From assembly GCA_045546995.1 (NCBI GenBank), contig JAZQDW010000056.1, forward strand, positions 3,701-67,700: DNA of 64,000 bases. Reading direction: 5' to 3'. The position numbers and the translations under genes were made by a program. Shown piece after piece: positions 42,643 through 53,306 of the stretch; positions within the stretch are counted from its first letter, which is position 1, and the number at the start of each line of letters is the position of its first letter. The stretch is from Eubacteriales bacterium (GTDB lineage Bacteria; Bacillota; Clostridia; Oscillospirales; QAKW01). Below the pieces are notes generated by a model that did no database searches, was not told where the DNA came from, and saw nothing but the letters and a program-made list of their open reading frames with translations.

Positions 42643-43653
42643 ATGAATCCGTTTTTAAAACAGCTTACCGAGCTTGACGGCGTTTCCGGCAACGAGCAAA
42701 ACGTCCGTCGGACCATTGCCGCCCGCCTGGACGGTCAGGTGGAATATACGGTGGACCGTATCGGCAATCTGTACGCCCATAGTAAGGCGTACTTTTCTAA
42801 TGATATCAAGCTGATGATCACGGCGCACATGGATGAGGTCGGTTTTACCGTTACTCACATTACCAAGGACGGTTATCTTAAATTCCAAAGCATTGGCGGT
42901 ATTGACGAGCGTATTTTGCCCGGCAAAGCAGTGCTGGTTGGAAATAAGCAGATCTGTGGTGTCATCGGTTCGCTTGCCATTCATCTGCAAACCAAAAAAC
43001 AAAGAAAGCAAATTACCGAAATGCGTGATTTGTTTATTGATATCGGCGCCAAAGATCGGGAACAGGCTGAAAGGCACGTTTCTGTTGGTGATATCGTTAC
43101 CTTTGCGGCTACTACCGAACAGCTTGGGAACTTGATTCGCGCCAAGGCGTTGGACGACCGCGTGGGTTGTACGGTTTTGTGCGATCTGCTGGAGGAGGTG
43201 TCCGACGGAAACTTTACTGCCGTATTTACGACCCGTGAGGAAATCGGTTGTTTTGGCGCAATGGCGGCGACAGGGGCTGTAAAGCCACGTTATGCTATTG
43301 TGTTGGAGGGAACGACTGCCTCCGACATTGGTGAGACCGATGAGGTGGATCAGGTATGCGCTGTCGGTAAGGGCCCGGTGCTTTCCTTTATGGATAATGG
43401 CGCAATTTATGACCGAAAGTTTTTAAACCTTGCGCGCAAGGTGGCTGAACGGGAGGGAATACCGTACCAACTCAAGCAGGCGGTTGCCGGCGGGAACGAG
43501 GCCGGTCGCATTCAAAAAATGGGTACCGGTTGTCACGTGCTGGCCATTAGCTTGCCCTGCCGTTATATTCACGGCCCTGTCAGTATGGCCTCTGAGCAGG
43601 ATATGAAGGCAATGAAACAACTGGCCGCCGCCATTATTCGAGAATTAAAGTGA
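42643..43653 (+). CDS. M42 metallo-aminopeptidase 2
   Basis: [33 protein letters not shown]. Confidence 0.9.
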   Translation: MNPFLKQLTELDGVSGNEQNVRRTIAARLDGQVEYTVDRIGNLYAHSKAYFSNDIKLMITAHMDEVGFTVTHITKDGYLKFQSIGGIDERILPGKAVLVGNKQICGVIGSLAIHLQTKKQRKQITEMRDLFIDIGAKDREQAERHVSVGDIVTFAATTEQLGNLIRAKALDDRVGCTVLCDLLEEVSDGNFTAVFTTREEIGCFGAMAATGAVKPRYAIVLEGTTASDIGETDEVDQVCAVGKGPVLSFMDNGAIYDRKFLNLARKVAEREGIPYQLKQAVAGGNEAGRIQKMGTGCHVLAISLPCRYIHGPVSMASEQDMKAMKQLAAAIIRELK

Positions 43654-43663
43654 GGTAAATAAA

Positions 43664-44650
43664 ATGATCAATACACTTGAAAAAATCATTTCCATTGGTT
43701 CTGTTTCCGGCGCGGAGACCGCCTTGCGGGATTATTTGACCGATCAACTCTTACCATTTGTAGACAAGGTGCAGACCGATCCGATGGGAAATCTAATCGC
43801 TCATAAAAAGGGCGACGGTCACAAAATTATGATCACAGCTCATATGGATACCATCGGCGTGATCGCTACGGCGGCAGACGACAAAGGATTTTGGAAGGTC
43901 GCGCCGGTAGGCGGCGTTGACGTGGCGCGCGCCATTGGACGGACAGTAGTGTTTGAAAACGGTATCACCGGCGTGCTCTTTTGCTCCGGTGACGGCAAGG
44001 ATGCCAAATTCTCCGACTGCTTTGTTGACATTGGCGCCGCCAATAAGGCGCAGGCATTGGAACGTGTTTCGGTGGGCATGACGGCTCGTTTTACCGGTTC
44101 CGTCAGTACCTGCGGTGATTTGATCACAGCCCCTACACTGGATAACCAGATCGGTTGTCTGGTGTTGCTGGAAACGATTAAAAAACTGAATGCAACGGCT
44201 CATGACGTTTATTTTGTATTTACCTCGCAAGAGGAGGTTGGCCTGCGTGGCGCCGGTGTCAGCGGCAACAGCATTCGTCCGGATATCTGCATTGCGGTGG
44301 ACGTTACGGTGGCTTCAGATACACCCGGTGCTAAAAGCGGTACGACCGCTCTCGGTAAAGGCGCGGCTATCAAATTGCGTGATAACAGCGCCATTTGCAG
44401 TAAGGCGGTGGTGGATAAGCTGGAAAGCGTTGCGGAATATTACCACATTCCCGTACAGCGTGACGTGCTGGATTTCGGTGGCACAGACATCGGCGCTCTG
44501 CAACGCAACGGTAGCGCTGCTCTTGTGGGTGGCGTAAGCATTCCGTGCCGCTATATCCACACTCCTGTTGAGACGGTTTCCCGCAAGGATGTGGAAAGCT
44601 GTATCAAATTATTGACCGCCTTTGCTGGCAATGTGATCATTAAATCCTGA
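43664..44650 (+). CDS. M42 metallo-aminopeptidase 3
   Basis: [39 protein letters not shown]. Confidence 0.9.
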   Translation: MINTLEKIISIGSVSGAETALRDYLTDQLLPFVDKVQTDPMGNLIAHKKGDGHKIMITAHMDTIGVIATAADDKGFWKVAPVGGVDVARAIGRTVVFENGITGVLFCSGDGKDAKFSDCFVDIGAANKAQALERVSVGMTARFTGSVSTCGDLITAPTLDNQIGCLVLLETIKKLNATAHDVYFVFTSQEEVGLRGAGVSGNSIRPDICIAVDVTVASDTPGAKSGTTALGKGAAIKLRDNSAICSKAVVDKLESVAEYYHIPVQRDVLDFGGTDIGALQRNGSAALVGGVSIPCRYIHTPVETVSRKDVESCIKLLTAFAGNVIIKS

Positions 44651-44739
44651 AAAGGAATTTAAAAAGAGATGCAAAATAATTGCATCTCTTTTTTTACTGT
44701 GTTACAATATAAATAACAAAGTGTACGGAGGAAGACAAA

Positions 44740-45801
44740 ATGATTTTTAAAAATGTGTCTTTAAATGGCGTTATAACAGATATTACCGTAGAGAAGGGAA
44801 AGATCCTTTCACTGGAAAGAACGGATGCTCCCGGTACGGATATGCAGGGATTGCGTGTTTTTCCCGGTATGATCGACGTGCACGCCCACGGCTGTATGGA
44901 TATTGAGGCCAACAGCGGCCGCATTGATGAATTGTCCGATTATGAAGCGCGTCACGGCACCACTTCTTGGTTGCCCACCACCGCCACCGTAGCGATGGAA
45001 ACCATTTATGATGCCGTCAACCGTGATATTACCAAAATTAAAGGCGCTCACGTGCTCGGCTTCCATGCGGAAGGTCCGTACATTGCCGAAAAGTATAAGG
45101 GCGCGCAGGATCCCAAATTTATCCGTAAACCCGATTTGGAGGAATTTGAAAAATTGCCGAATATCAAAATGGTTACGGTGGCGCCTGAAGTGGACGGCGC
45201 TTTGGAATTCATTAAAAATTGTAAGGCAATTGTGGCAATGGGTCACACCGAGGCCGATTATGACGCCGCGATTCGCGCCATTGATGCCGGCGCCAATTGC
45301 CTGACCCATACTTTTAATGCCATGCCGCCTATGCTGCATCGCGCTCCCGGCGTGATCGGCGCTGCGGTAGAGAGAAATATTTATGCGCAGCTGATTTGCG
45401 ACGGATTACACGTACAACGGGGCGCTGTTTGGGCGCTGTACCGCGCATTTGGCCCCGATCGGGTGGTGCTGATCAGTGACTCCGTTCAAACGGCGGGTCT
45501 GCCCGACGGTAAATATACCTCCGGCGGTTTGGATGTTATTTTGAAAAATAACGAATGTCGCCTGCTCGACGGCACCCTGGCCGGTAGTTCCGCCTTTTTG
45601 CTGGATTGTGTTAAAAAAGCGATTGAATTCGGCATTCCCGAAGCAGATGCTTTTAAAATGGCCACACAGACGCCGGCAACCTTGCTGGGCGTAAACAAAG
45701 GTAGGGTCGAGGTTGGTTACGATGCCGATCTGATTTTCCTGGACGAAAGTTATGATTTAAAGTATACGGTGATCGATGGAGAAATCTATTACCAAAAATA
45801 A
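44740..45801 (+). CDS. nagA: N-acetylglucosamine-6-phosphate deacetylase
   Basis: PGMIDVHAHG, FHAEGPY...KGAQ, THTFNAM, DGLHV, LISD, TLAGS. Confidence 0.95.
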   Translation: MIFKNVSLNGVITDITVEKGKILSLERTDAPGTDMQGLRVFPGMIDVHAHGCMDIEANSGRIDELSDYEARHGTTSWLPTTATVAMETIYDAVNRDITKIKGAHVLGFHAEGPYIAEKYKGAQDPKFIRKPDLEEFEKLPNIKMVTVAPEVDGALEFIKNCKAIVAMGHTEADYDAAIRAIDAGANCLTHTFNAMPPMLHRAPGVIGAAVERNIYAQLICDGLHVQRGAVWALYRAFGPDRVVLISDSVQTAGLPDGKYTSGGLDVILKNNECRLLDGTLAGSSAFLLDCVKKAIEFGIPEADAFKMATQTPATLLGVNKGRVEVGYDADLIFLDESYDLKYTVIDGEIYYQK

Positions 45802-45841
45802 TCAAAAGGGATGCCATGGCATCCCTTTTTGTATTTAAAAA

Positions 45842-45914
45842 TCAACCGCTGGTTGAAAATACAATAATGCATATAGGAAAATACATTGAAAATATCAACC
45901 AACGGTGTTATAAT
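45842..45914 (+). promoter_or_regulatory. Promoter and palindromic operator(s) of the XRE-kinase/murQ operon
   Basis: TCAACC-GCT-GGTTGA (45842-45856); TTGAAA(45886)-N17-TATAAT(45909) with degenerate copy TCAACC-AAC-GGTGTT in the spacer. Confidence 0.65.
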
Positions 45915-45936
45915 GAGGTCAAAAGAGGTGAGGCTT

Positions 45937-47091
45937 TTGAGTCATACGTACTATCTTGCAGAAAACATCAAACAATTTCGTCTGGCTGCCGGGATGAAAC
46001 AATGGGAGCTGGCAGAGCGACTGTTGGTCAGCACACAATCGGTCTCGAAATGGGAAAAGGGGAGTAGTGTGCCGGACCTTGATAATCTGTGCGCCTTGGC
46101 AAAAATTTTTGACGTCAGTGTGGATGCTTTGCTTGGGGCGCCGCAGATGGAGGAAGAACTGCTGATCGGCATTGACGGTGGTGGCACCAAAACCGAATTT
46201 GTGCTCTTTGAAGAGAATGGCAACATTCGACAGCGGATATTGCTGGATGGAAGCAACCCCAACGTTTGCGGCATGGAAAAGTGCTGTCAAACCTTACGGA
46301 CGGGGATTGATCGATTGATGAATAATCATACGGTCAAGGCAATTTATTGCGGGCTGGCTGGATATATTTCCGGCAATAACGGACCGATGATTTTGTCGTT
46401 TTTACAAAAGACCTATCCCGATATCACTGTCGGAAGCGGCGGTGATATCCTGAATGTGGCTGCCAGCGCTCATCGCGAAGACGAATGTGTTACCGCCATT
46501 TGCGGCACCGGATCGATTGTTTGCGCCATCCAAGATAAAAACGTGCGCCGTATCGGTGGTTGGGGCTATCTGTTCGATCATAAGGGGAGCGGTTATGACA
46601 TTGGCCGGGATGCGTTTACTGCTGCTCTGGCACAGCGCGACGGCTTTGGCAGAGAAACGCTCATTACTGAAATGATGGAAAAACGCCTGGGCAGTACCGT
46701 ATGGGACAGTATCAATTTTATTTATTCGCGCGGCACCTCATATATTGCATCCTTTGCGGGTGTCGTGTTTGAGGCTTATGACGCAGGAGATGCTCTGGCA
46801 AGTGAGATTCTGGACAGCAATTTTGCCGAACTTGCCGGTAAAATCAATTTTGCTGCAGCGTGTGGAAAAAATACGGATACGCTTGTCATTTCCGGCGGCG
46901 TGCTTCATTTTCGCGAGACGGTGCTGTCTTTACTGCGTCGGCACCTGAATAAGGAAATGGAGATCGTGGTGCCTGAGTTACCGCAGATCTACGGCGCCTG
47001 TGTTTTGTGCCGCAAAATGTGCGGTGATATCCCTACGGAATTTATGCAAAACTTTAAAACAGATTATCAAAAACAAATCAGCGGAGAGTGA
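45937..47091 (+). CDS. XRE helix-turn-helix fused to a BadF/BadG/BcrA/BcrD-type amino-sugar kinase (MurK-like)
   Basis: TTG start after GAGGTGA; HTH KQWELAERLLVSTQSVSKWEKG...PD; kinase IGIDGGGTKT, ICGTGS, RIGGWGYLFDHKGSGYDIG, ISGGV. Confidence 0.88.
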   Translation: MSHTYYLAENIKQFRLAAGMKQWELAERLLVSTQSVSKWEKGSSVPDLDNLCALAKIFDVSVDALLGAPQMEEELLIGIDGGGTKTEFVLFEENGNIRQRILLDGSNPNVCGMEKCCQTLRTGIDRLMNNHTVKAIYCGLAGYISGNNGPMILSFLQKTYPDITVGSGGDILNVAASAHREDECVTAICGTGSIVCAIQDKNVRRIGGWGYLFDHKGSGYDIGRDAFTAALAQRDGFGRETLITEMMEKRLGSTVWDSINFIYSRGTSYIASFAGVVFEAYDAGDALASEILDSNFAELAGKINFAAACGKNTDTLVISGGVLHFRETVLSLLRRHLNKEMEIVVPELPQIYGACVLCRKMCGDIPTEFMQNFKTDYQKQISGE

Positions 47092-47096
47092 TCAAA

Positions 47097-47915
47097 ATGC
47101 TTACAACAGAAATGAGAAATCCTAAAACCACTCATATTGATACGATGGACACCTTATCGCAGGTGCGCCTGATGAATGAAGAAAATTTTAATGCCGTGCG
47201 TGCGGTAGAGGCGGCCTTGCCGCAGATCGCTGCCGCTTGTGATGCCGTCAGCGCCGCTATTGCAAATGGCGGTAGAGTGTTTTACGTAGGCGCCGGTACT
47301 TCAGGTCGTCTGGGCGTGCTGGATGCGGCGGAATGTCCACCCACCTTTGGCGTGTCGTCGGAGCAGTTTGTGGGTATTATTGCCGGCGGTTATGAAGCGC
47401 TGCATCATGCAGGGGAGGGCAATGAGGATGATCCTCTGGCCGCTGTGGCGGAACTGAAAAAATATCAATTGTGTCAAAAGGACGTGGTCGTTGGTATTTC
47501 CGCCGCCGGCGGTGCCGCTTTTGTGCTGAAGGCGCTTGCCCATGCCGCAGAAATCGGCTGTGTGACCGTGGGGGTAACCTCTAACAAGGGCAGTTTGCTT
47601 GCCACGCAAAGTCAATTTCCTATCGTGACGGATACCGGCGCCGAGGTAATCACCGGCTCCACCCGTCTGAAGGCCGGAACAGCACAGAAACTGGTGCTGA
47701 ATATGCTTTCTACGGTTTCCATGATCCAAAACGGCTATGTGTACGAAAATATGATGATCAATCTGCGTCCTTCCAATATTAAACTGGAAGGGCGTGTGAT
47801 TCGAATCGTAGGCGAGATCACCGGCCTTGATGAACAAAGTGCAACGGTTCTGCTGGAACGCGCCGATTGGAATATCAAACAAGCCATTGAACTTTATAAA
47901 AGCGAAATTCGGTAA
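47097..47915 (+). CDS. murQ: N-acetylmuramic acid 6-phosphate etherase
   Basis: TEMRNP, YVGAGTSGRLGVLDAAECPPTFG, GAEVITGSTRLKAGTAQKLVLNMLST. Confidence 0.96.
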   Translation: MLTTEMRNPKTTHIDTMDTLSQVRLMNEENFNAVRAVEAALPQIAAACDAVSAAIANGGRVFYVGAGTSGRLGVLDAAECPPTFGVSSEQFVGIIAGGYEALHHAGEGNEDDPLAAVAELKKYQLCQKDVVVGISAAGGAAFVLKALAHAAEIGCVTVGVTSNKGSLLATQSQFPIVTDTGAEVITGSTRLKAGTAQKLVLNMLSTVSMIQNGYVYENMMINLRPSNIKLEGRVIRIVGEITGLDEQSATVLLERADWNIKQAIELYKSEIR

Positions 47916-47948
47916 ATAAAAAGCGGTCATTTGACCGCTTTTATTTTT
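47914..47948. terminator. Bidirectional terminator murQ/ispF
   Basis: AAATAAAAAGCGGTCA-tt-TGACCGCTTTTATTTTT. Confidence 0.8.
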
Positions 47949-48417
47949 GTTGCATCAACAGGCATACGCTGTGGGCGGAGATGCCCTCGCCGTTGCCGGT
48001 GAAACCCAGCTTTTCTTCAGTGGTTGCCTTGACGCTGATCTGATCGATCGATACGCCCAATGCGGTTGCGATATTTTGTCGCATGGCGGGAATGTGATCT
48101 TTCAGTTTGGGCTGCTGCGCAATGATGGTAACGTCAGCATTTCCAAGGACGTATCCCTTTTGTCTGCAAAGTGCGGCTACGTGCTGTAACAGCTTTCTGC
48201 TGTCGCATCCCTTATAGGTGGGATCGGTATCAGGGAAATGCGCGCCGATATCCCCCAATGCCAATGCGCCCAGCATAGCATCCATCAGGGCGTGCAGCGC
48301 AACGTCTGCATCGGAATGGCCGAGTAGACCTTTTTCATAGGGGATTGTTTCTCCGCACAGGATCAAAGCTCTTCCTTCCACCAATTTGTGTACGTCGTAT
48401 CCGTGTCCGATTCTCAT
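47941..48417 (-). CDS. ispF: 2-C-methyl-D-erythritol 2,4-cyclodiphosphate synthase
   Basis: [41 protein letters not shown]. Confidence 0.97.
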   Translation of the reverse strand: MRIGHGYDVHKLVEGRALILCGETIPYEKGLLGHSDADVALHALMDAMLGALALGDIGAHFPDTDPTYKGCDSRKLLQHVAALCRQKGYVLGNADVTIIAQQPKLKDHIPAMRQNIATALGVSIDQISVKATTEEKLGFTGNGEGISAHSVCLLMQQK

Positions 48418-49109
48418 ACGCTTTCCTTTCCGGCAATCGTCTCCGCCTGTAAAATATCTTCCTCCGTGGTGATCTTGATGTTGTCGTAATCGCCGATAAC
48501 GGGTTGTACCCTTTGGTTGTATAATTCGAAAATAGATGCGTCGTCGGTAACGTCGTGCCCGTCTTGAATACTACGTTCCATATATTCTGTAAATGCTTGT
48601 AAAGAAAACGCCTGCGGCGTCTGGGCCAATAACAACTGTGCTCTTGGAGGTGTGTGTCGGATAAATCCGTCGGGGGAGAGCTGCTTGACCGTGTCCTTCA
48701 CGGGAACGCATAATATGGCGCCGCCATGCTGCTTTGCCGCCGTAACGGTCTGATCGATGTGTTGCGGCTTGGTAAAGGGACGGGCGCCGTCCGCAATGGC
48801 TACGATACTTGCGTTTTTGCATAATTGCAAACCGTTTTGCACGGAATGCTGCCGTGTCCGGCCGCCGAGAGCACAATCGCGGAATTTATCAATTCCGTAC
48901 TGTGTTGCAAGTGTAGCCACAGTTTCGCGCAACTCCGGACGGGTGACTACGTAAATATCATCAATGCTGTCGGCGACCTGATATTGGATCAGGGTGCGCG
49001 CCAAAACCGGAATGCCCTTTATTTCCAGTAATAATTTGTCCTTGCAGACCTTTTTCATCCGTTGGGACGAGCCGGCAGCTACGATCAGGGCGGCGGTACG
49101 GTCGTTCAT
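48414..49109 (-). CDS. ispD: 2-C-methyl-D-erythritol 4-phosphate cytidylyltransferase
   Basis: [42 protein letters not shown]. Confidence 0.95.
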   Translation of the reverse strand: MNDRTAALIVAAGSSQRMKKVCKDKLLLEIKGIPVLARTLIQYQVADSIDDIYVVTRPELRETVATLATQYGIDKFRDCALGGRTRQHSVQNGLQLCKNASIVAIADGARPFTKPQHIDQTVTAAKQHGGAILCVPVKDTVKQLSPDGFIRHTPPRAQLLLAQTPQAFSLQAFTEYMERSIQDGHDVTDDASIFELYNQRVQPVIGDYDNIKITTEEDILQAETIAGKESV

Positions 49110-49162
49110 ATTTTCCTCCGAAAAACAAATACAGAAAAGGAGGCCCTTTTCTGTATTTGGTA

Positions 49163-49654
49163 TTATTTCACGATTTTACTATGGATCACTTCACTCAAAC
49201 GGTCAGCCAGGGTCGCTTCGTCTAATTCAAGCACCATTGCCATTTCAGTAACTAAAATTCCGCGGGACAAGATCAGCATTTTTCTGTCACCGGTGGAAAG
49301 GCCGTTGGTGGCATCCCGGATCATCAGCTCTCTGACGACCTGAGCCACGTTGTCAAGATCACCTTTTTTCAAGCGTTCCATATTGATCTGATACCGCTTG
49401 GTCCAGGTGAGATTTTGGTCGATATTGCAGCATTCAAACTCGTGCAGAACACGTAATGCTTCTTCTTTTTCAGTGATGGGTCGCAGTTGTATTTCTGCTT
49501 TGTTTTCAACGGGCAGACAAAGCTTGATGTTGCCATTGATTATGTGGATGGTGTAATAATCTGCGGTTTTGCCGCTGATTTCCCTGCTTTCAATATTTTC
49601 TATATAACCCGTGCCATGCATGGGGTATACAATTTTATCGCCGATGGCATACAT
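49163..49654 (-). CDS. carD: CarD family RNA-polymerase-interacting regulator
   Basis: MYAIGDKIVYPMHGTG, WTKRYQINMERLKKG, LSTGDRKML; ATG 49654 after AGGAGGAG. Confidence 0.92.
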   Translation of the reverse strand: MYAIGDKIVYPMHGTGYIENIESREISGKTADYYTIHIINGNIKLCLPVENKAEIQLRPITEKEEALRVLHEFECCNIDQNLTWTKRYQINMERLKKGDLDNVAQVVRELMIRDATNGLSTGDRKMLILSRGILVTEMAMVLELDEATLADRLSEVIHSKIVK

Positions 49655-49805
49655 TTGCTTTCTCCTCCTATTTCTACAACAATTATACTCTTTTTTTCCA
49701 AAATAATCAAGTGAAAAAACCATTAGAAATTGAAAAAAAGGTTGTATTCATTGGGGTTTGCTGTTATACTATATTTGTAATAAAATGTTAAAAGGAGAGA
49801 TTAAA

Positions 49806-50168
49806 GTGGCAATTTTTGATGATATCGTTCGTACTACGCAAAAGGCTGGTAAGGCAATTGCCGATACCGCTACGGATGTTTACGACTTTACCAAGGTAAG
49901 CTATAATCTGGCCGCCTTGGAGAATAAACTCAAGGAAGTGCTGATTAAGATCGGTCGCTATACCGTGGATGCTCAGCATAATGAGCAACCGGATGAGGAG
50001 TATTTGTCGTTACTGCTCTCCCAGGTTGAGGAACTGGAAATTCAGATTGAAAAGGCCAAGGGGCAACGGGCTGAAATCAAAAAAGAGGTGATTTGTCCCG
50101 AGTGCAATCATTCCAATTCCAAGAACAACGCCTTTTGCGCTGCTTGCGGTGCAAAACTGGCTCAATAA
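49806..50168 (+). CDS. Coiled-coil protein with C-terminal zinc ribbon
   Basis: CPECNH...AFCAACGAKL; GTG start after AAGGAG. Confidence 0.8.
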   Translation: MAIFDDIVRTTQKAGKAIADTATDVYDFTKVSYNLAALENKLKEVLIKIGRYTVDAQHNEQPDEEYLSLLLSQVEELEIQIEKAKGQRAEIKKEVICPECNHSNSKNNAFCAACGAKLAQ

Positions 50169-50219
50169 GCTGTAAAAGCATCCCCAGGGATGCTTTTTAC
50201 GTGAAAGGAACTTCAAAAA

Positions 50220-51824
50220 ATGTCAAAAGCACAACGCAATTTTCTTAGTGGTGCGCTGATCCTGACCATCGCCAATGCGCTCAGCAAGGTGATCGGTGCG
50301 ATCTATAAGATCCCGCTGAATAATTTGGTGGGTACGACCGGTGCCAGCTATTATAATGACGGGTATCAGATCTACGCTTTGCTGTTCGTTCTTTCAACGG
50401 CGGGCGTTCCCGTGGCCATCGCTAAAATGGTTAGTGAGGCGGTTGCTAAGGGCCGCACTAACGAGCCACGTCGGATTTTAAAGAATGCCCTGTGGATCTT
50501 TGGTGCCATTGGTCTGGTGTTGGCGGCTTTGATGATGATCTTTGTCAAACCGTTGTCCAGCTTGTTGCAAAACGGTACGACGGTAAACTATTGTATTGCC
50601 GTCATCGCGCCATCTATATTCTTCGTTTCCGTTTCGTCAGTTATCAAGGGCTATTTTCAGGGCTATAAATGTATGACGCCCAGCGCTTATTTTCAGGTGA
50701 TCGAGTCGGCGTTCAAACTATTCGGCATCGTTATTCTCCTGATTTTGGTTGCTATGGGCTATGGTGAGAATTATATCGTTCTGGCCTGCGGCGGTATTTT
50801 GGGCGTAACCTTCGGCTCTTTTGCCGCATCGCTTTTTATGGTGATTCGCTTCTTACGGGAGAAAGATTTCGGTAAATTTGATCCGATGGCGTTGCCTTCC
50901 CAGCCGTCTCGCTCTATTATTAATACGATTATCACGCTGGCTATTCCTATCTCTCTCAGCTCCGCGGTAATGAGCGTCACCTCCACGCTGGATATGATTT
51001 TTGTCAAATACAGCCTGCAGATGCACGGCCTGTCCATTGAAGAGGCGATTGACGTTTACGGCGCGTATATCGGCGCGACCTCCTCTTTATTTAATCTGCC
51101 GCCCACCATTACCATTACGGTGGGTACGGCGGTGTTACCGTTTTTGACCTCTGCATTCGTTTCGGGACGCAAGGAGGAGGCGTATCGGAATATGCGTTCT
51201 GCCTCTAAGGTAGTCTCTTTGATTGCTATGCCCTGTGCGCTTGGTATGTCAGTCATGAGTGAGGGTATTTTGAAATTACTGTATAAGCGTGAGTATTGGG
51301 AAGTCGGTATTCCCACTATGCGCTTTTTGGCTATTTCGATTTTCTTTGTCAGCTTTGTTTCGTTGACCAGTACCTTCCTGCACAGCGTCGGTAAGGTTAA
51401 ACTGACGTTGTTTACAATGGGTATCGGCGCAGTTTTAAAATTGGTAATCAACCTTGTGATGGTCGAAAAGATCGGTATTATGGGCGCTCCGATGGGTACC
51501 TTTGTGTGCTACGGTGCGATCTTCCTGCTGAACTGTATCTATATTAAAAAGTATATGGGATTTTCCATGCCGATGGGTACGATCTTGTGGCGCCCGTTGC
51601 TTTGCTCCGGTATTTGCTGCGGCGTGGCGTACGGCATTTGGTGGGGATTGAGCCTCTGGAAAGAAAGCAATCTGTGGGTGCTGATCGCTTTGGGTGCTGC
51701 TGTGATCGTTTACGTGATCTGTGTGCTGCTGTTCAAGGTATTGGAGGCTGAGGATCTTACGCTGGTCCCCGGCGGAAGCAAGATCAGTGCGTTTTTGGAA
51801 AGAAAGGGTTGGCTCCATGAGTAA
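50220..51824 (+). CDS. MOP-family polysaccharide/lipid flippase (YabM/SpoVB-like)
   Basis: SKVIGAIYKIPL, STAGVPVAIAKMVSE, KGYFQG; many TM segments; yabM-yabN position. Confidence 0.88.
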   Translation: MSKAQRNFLSGALILTIANALSKVIGAIYKIPLNNLVGTTGASYYNDGYQIYALLFVLSTAGVPVAIAKMVSEAVAKGRTNEPRRILKNALWIFGAIGLVLAALMMIFVKPLSSLLQNGTTVNYCIAVIAPSIFFVSVSSVIKGYFQGYKCMTPSAYFQVIESAFKLFGIVILLILVAMGYGENYIVLACGGILGVTFGSFAASLFMVIRFLREKDFGKFDPMALPSQPSRSIINTIITLAIPISLSSAVMSVTSTLDMIFVKYSLQMHGLSIEEAIDVYGAYIGATSSLFNLPPTITITVGTAVLPFLTSAFVSGRKEEAYRNMRSASKVVSLIAMPCALGMSVMSEGILKLLYKREYWEVGIPTMRFLAISIFFVSFVSLTSTFLHSVGKVKLTLFTMGIGAVLKLVINLVMVEKIGIMGAPMGTFVCYGAIFLLNCIYIKKYMGFSMPMGTILWRPLLCSGICCGVAYGIWWGLSLWKESNLWVLIALGAAVIVYVICVLLFKVLEAEDLTLVPGGSKISAFLERKGWLHE

Positions 51825-52551
51825 AGAAATCTTGAAAAAGAAGGAACGTTATAGCTATGAGGATCTGGTGGAGCTGGTCGATATTTTGTGCGCGCCTGAC
51901 GGCTGCCCTTGGGATAACTCGCAGACTCATCAGTCGATCCGTAACAATTTTATCGAAGAAACCTACGAGGCTGTGGAGGGCATTGATAAAAACGACACTG
52001 CCATTATGCAGGAAGAATTGGGTGACGTGCTGCTGCAGGTGGTGCTTCATTGTAAGATCGCCGAAAAGAACGGCACGTTTACAAAGGAGGACGTATTGAC
52101 CGAGCTATGCAAAAAGCTGATCTTTCGTCATCCCCATTTGTTTGCCGAGAATTACACGGCTGAATCTCCCGATCAGGCGCTCTCCAATTGGGAAGCGCTG
52201 AAAAAACAGGAAAAGGGATACGGAACACCCCAAAAAGTGGTTTCTTCCGTCAGCGCCGCATTGCCTGCATTGATGCGCGCGCAAAAGCTGAATGCCAAGG
52301 CGCACAAAAATGGAATCATTGATTCTTTTGCTACTGTCGGGCAGGTTGCAACGGCGACTGAAACGTTGTCTGCCGCTGTCGAAAGCGGTGACAAAGCGGC
52401 GCAGAGTGCGGCACTGGGACAATTGCTTTTTGATATTTGTTCGCTGTCTGCTGCTTTGGATATCAACGCCGAACAGGCACTTTTTGTACAAAATGTAGAA
52501 TTTTGTGAGAATATTTGTGCAAATTGCTCACAAAACAGTGAAAATATTTAA
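51817..52551 (+). CDS. mazG: MazG-family nucleotide pyrophosphohydrolase (YabN-like, no methylase domain)
   Basis: DGCPWD...QTHQSI...IEETYE...EELGDVLLQ...KLIFRHPH; second MazG repeat degenerate. Confidence 0.88.
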   Translation: MSKEILKKKERYSYEDLVELVDILCAPDGCPWDNSQTHQSIRNNFIEETYEAVEGIDKNDTAIMQEELGDVLLQVVLHCKIAEKNGTFTKEDVLTELCKKLIFRHPHLFAENYTAESPDQALSNWEALKKQEKGYGTPQKVVSSVSAALPALMRAQKLNAKAHKNGIIDSFATVGQVATATETLSAAVESGDKAAQSAALGQLLFDICSLSAALDINAEQALFVQNVEFCENICANCSQNSENI

Positions 52552-52661
52552 TTTTTTTTGAAAAAGGTATTGCAAAATCCGTTCATTTTTGGGATAATAT
52601 AGGCATATAAAAGCGAGGCGATTTTTAATATTCGTCTTGTAAAAATAAGGAGGAAATACTC

Positions 52662-52934
52662 ATGAATAAAGCAGAACTCGTCGCAGCCGTTGCTGCAAAA
52701 GCAGAAATTTCTCAGAAAGACGCTGCCAAGGCTTTGGCTGCTATCCTGGACGAAATCCAGGGCGCGCTGAAGAACGGCGAAAAGGTTCAGTTGGTTGGCT
52801 TTGGTTCTTTCGAAGTCAGAGAAAAGGCTGCCAGAAAGGGCAGAAACCCCAAGACCAACGAGGAGATCGATATCCCCGCTTCCAAGTGCCCCGCTTTCAA
52901 GGCCGGCAAAGCATTTAAGGATTTTATTGCCTAA
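52662..52934 (+). CDS. hup: DNA-binding protein HU
   Basis: MNKAELV, VQLVGFGSFEV, GRNPKT, PAFKAGK. Confidence 0.98.
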   Translation: MNKAELVAAVAAKAEISQKDAAKALAAILDEIQGALKNGEKVQLVGFGSFEVREKAARKGRNPKTNEEIDIPASKCPAFKAGKAFKDFIA

Positions 52935-53000
52935 GTTAAATCCGTGAAGGGACTGAGTTTCAGTCCCTTCTTTCTTTTAGGCTCGTAAAGGAGATTGTAT

Positions 53001-53243
53001 ATGCGATTGGATAAATATTTAAAAGTGGCCCGATTGATCAAACGGCGTACCGTGGCGCAGGACGCCTGTAAGGGTGATCGTGTAACCGTCAACGGCAGGG
53101 AGGTTAAGCCTGCTTACCGTGTGAAGGTGGGCGATATCATCGAGATCACGTTTCACAATAAGAGCACACGGGTGGAAGTGCTGGCCTTGGCCGAGCATAT
53201 CGGCGCCGGAGAGGCGGATACACTTTATCGCGTAGTGGACTAA
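53001..53243 (+). CDS. yabO: S4-domain RNA-binding protein (YabO/RqcP, Hsp15-like)
   Basis: MRLDKYLKVARLIKRRTVAQDAC...VKVGDIIEI. Confidence 0.92.
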   Translation: MRLDKYLKVARLIKRRTVAQDACKGDRVTVNGREVKPAYRVKVGDIIEITFHNKSTRVEVLALAEHIGAGEADTLYRVVD

Positions 53244-53245
53244 CT

Positions 53246-53274
53246 GCATATTCAAGACCTCTGCTTCATAGAAT
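53246..53274 (+). promoter_or_regulatory. sigmaE-type promoter of yabP-yabQ
   Basis: GCATA-N16-CATAGAAT immediately upstream of yabP, embedded in a long hairpin. Confidence 0.6.
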
Positions 53275-53306
53275 ATATAAAACTATGAAAAGCAGAGGTT
53301 TTTGTT

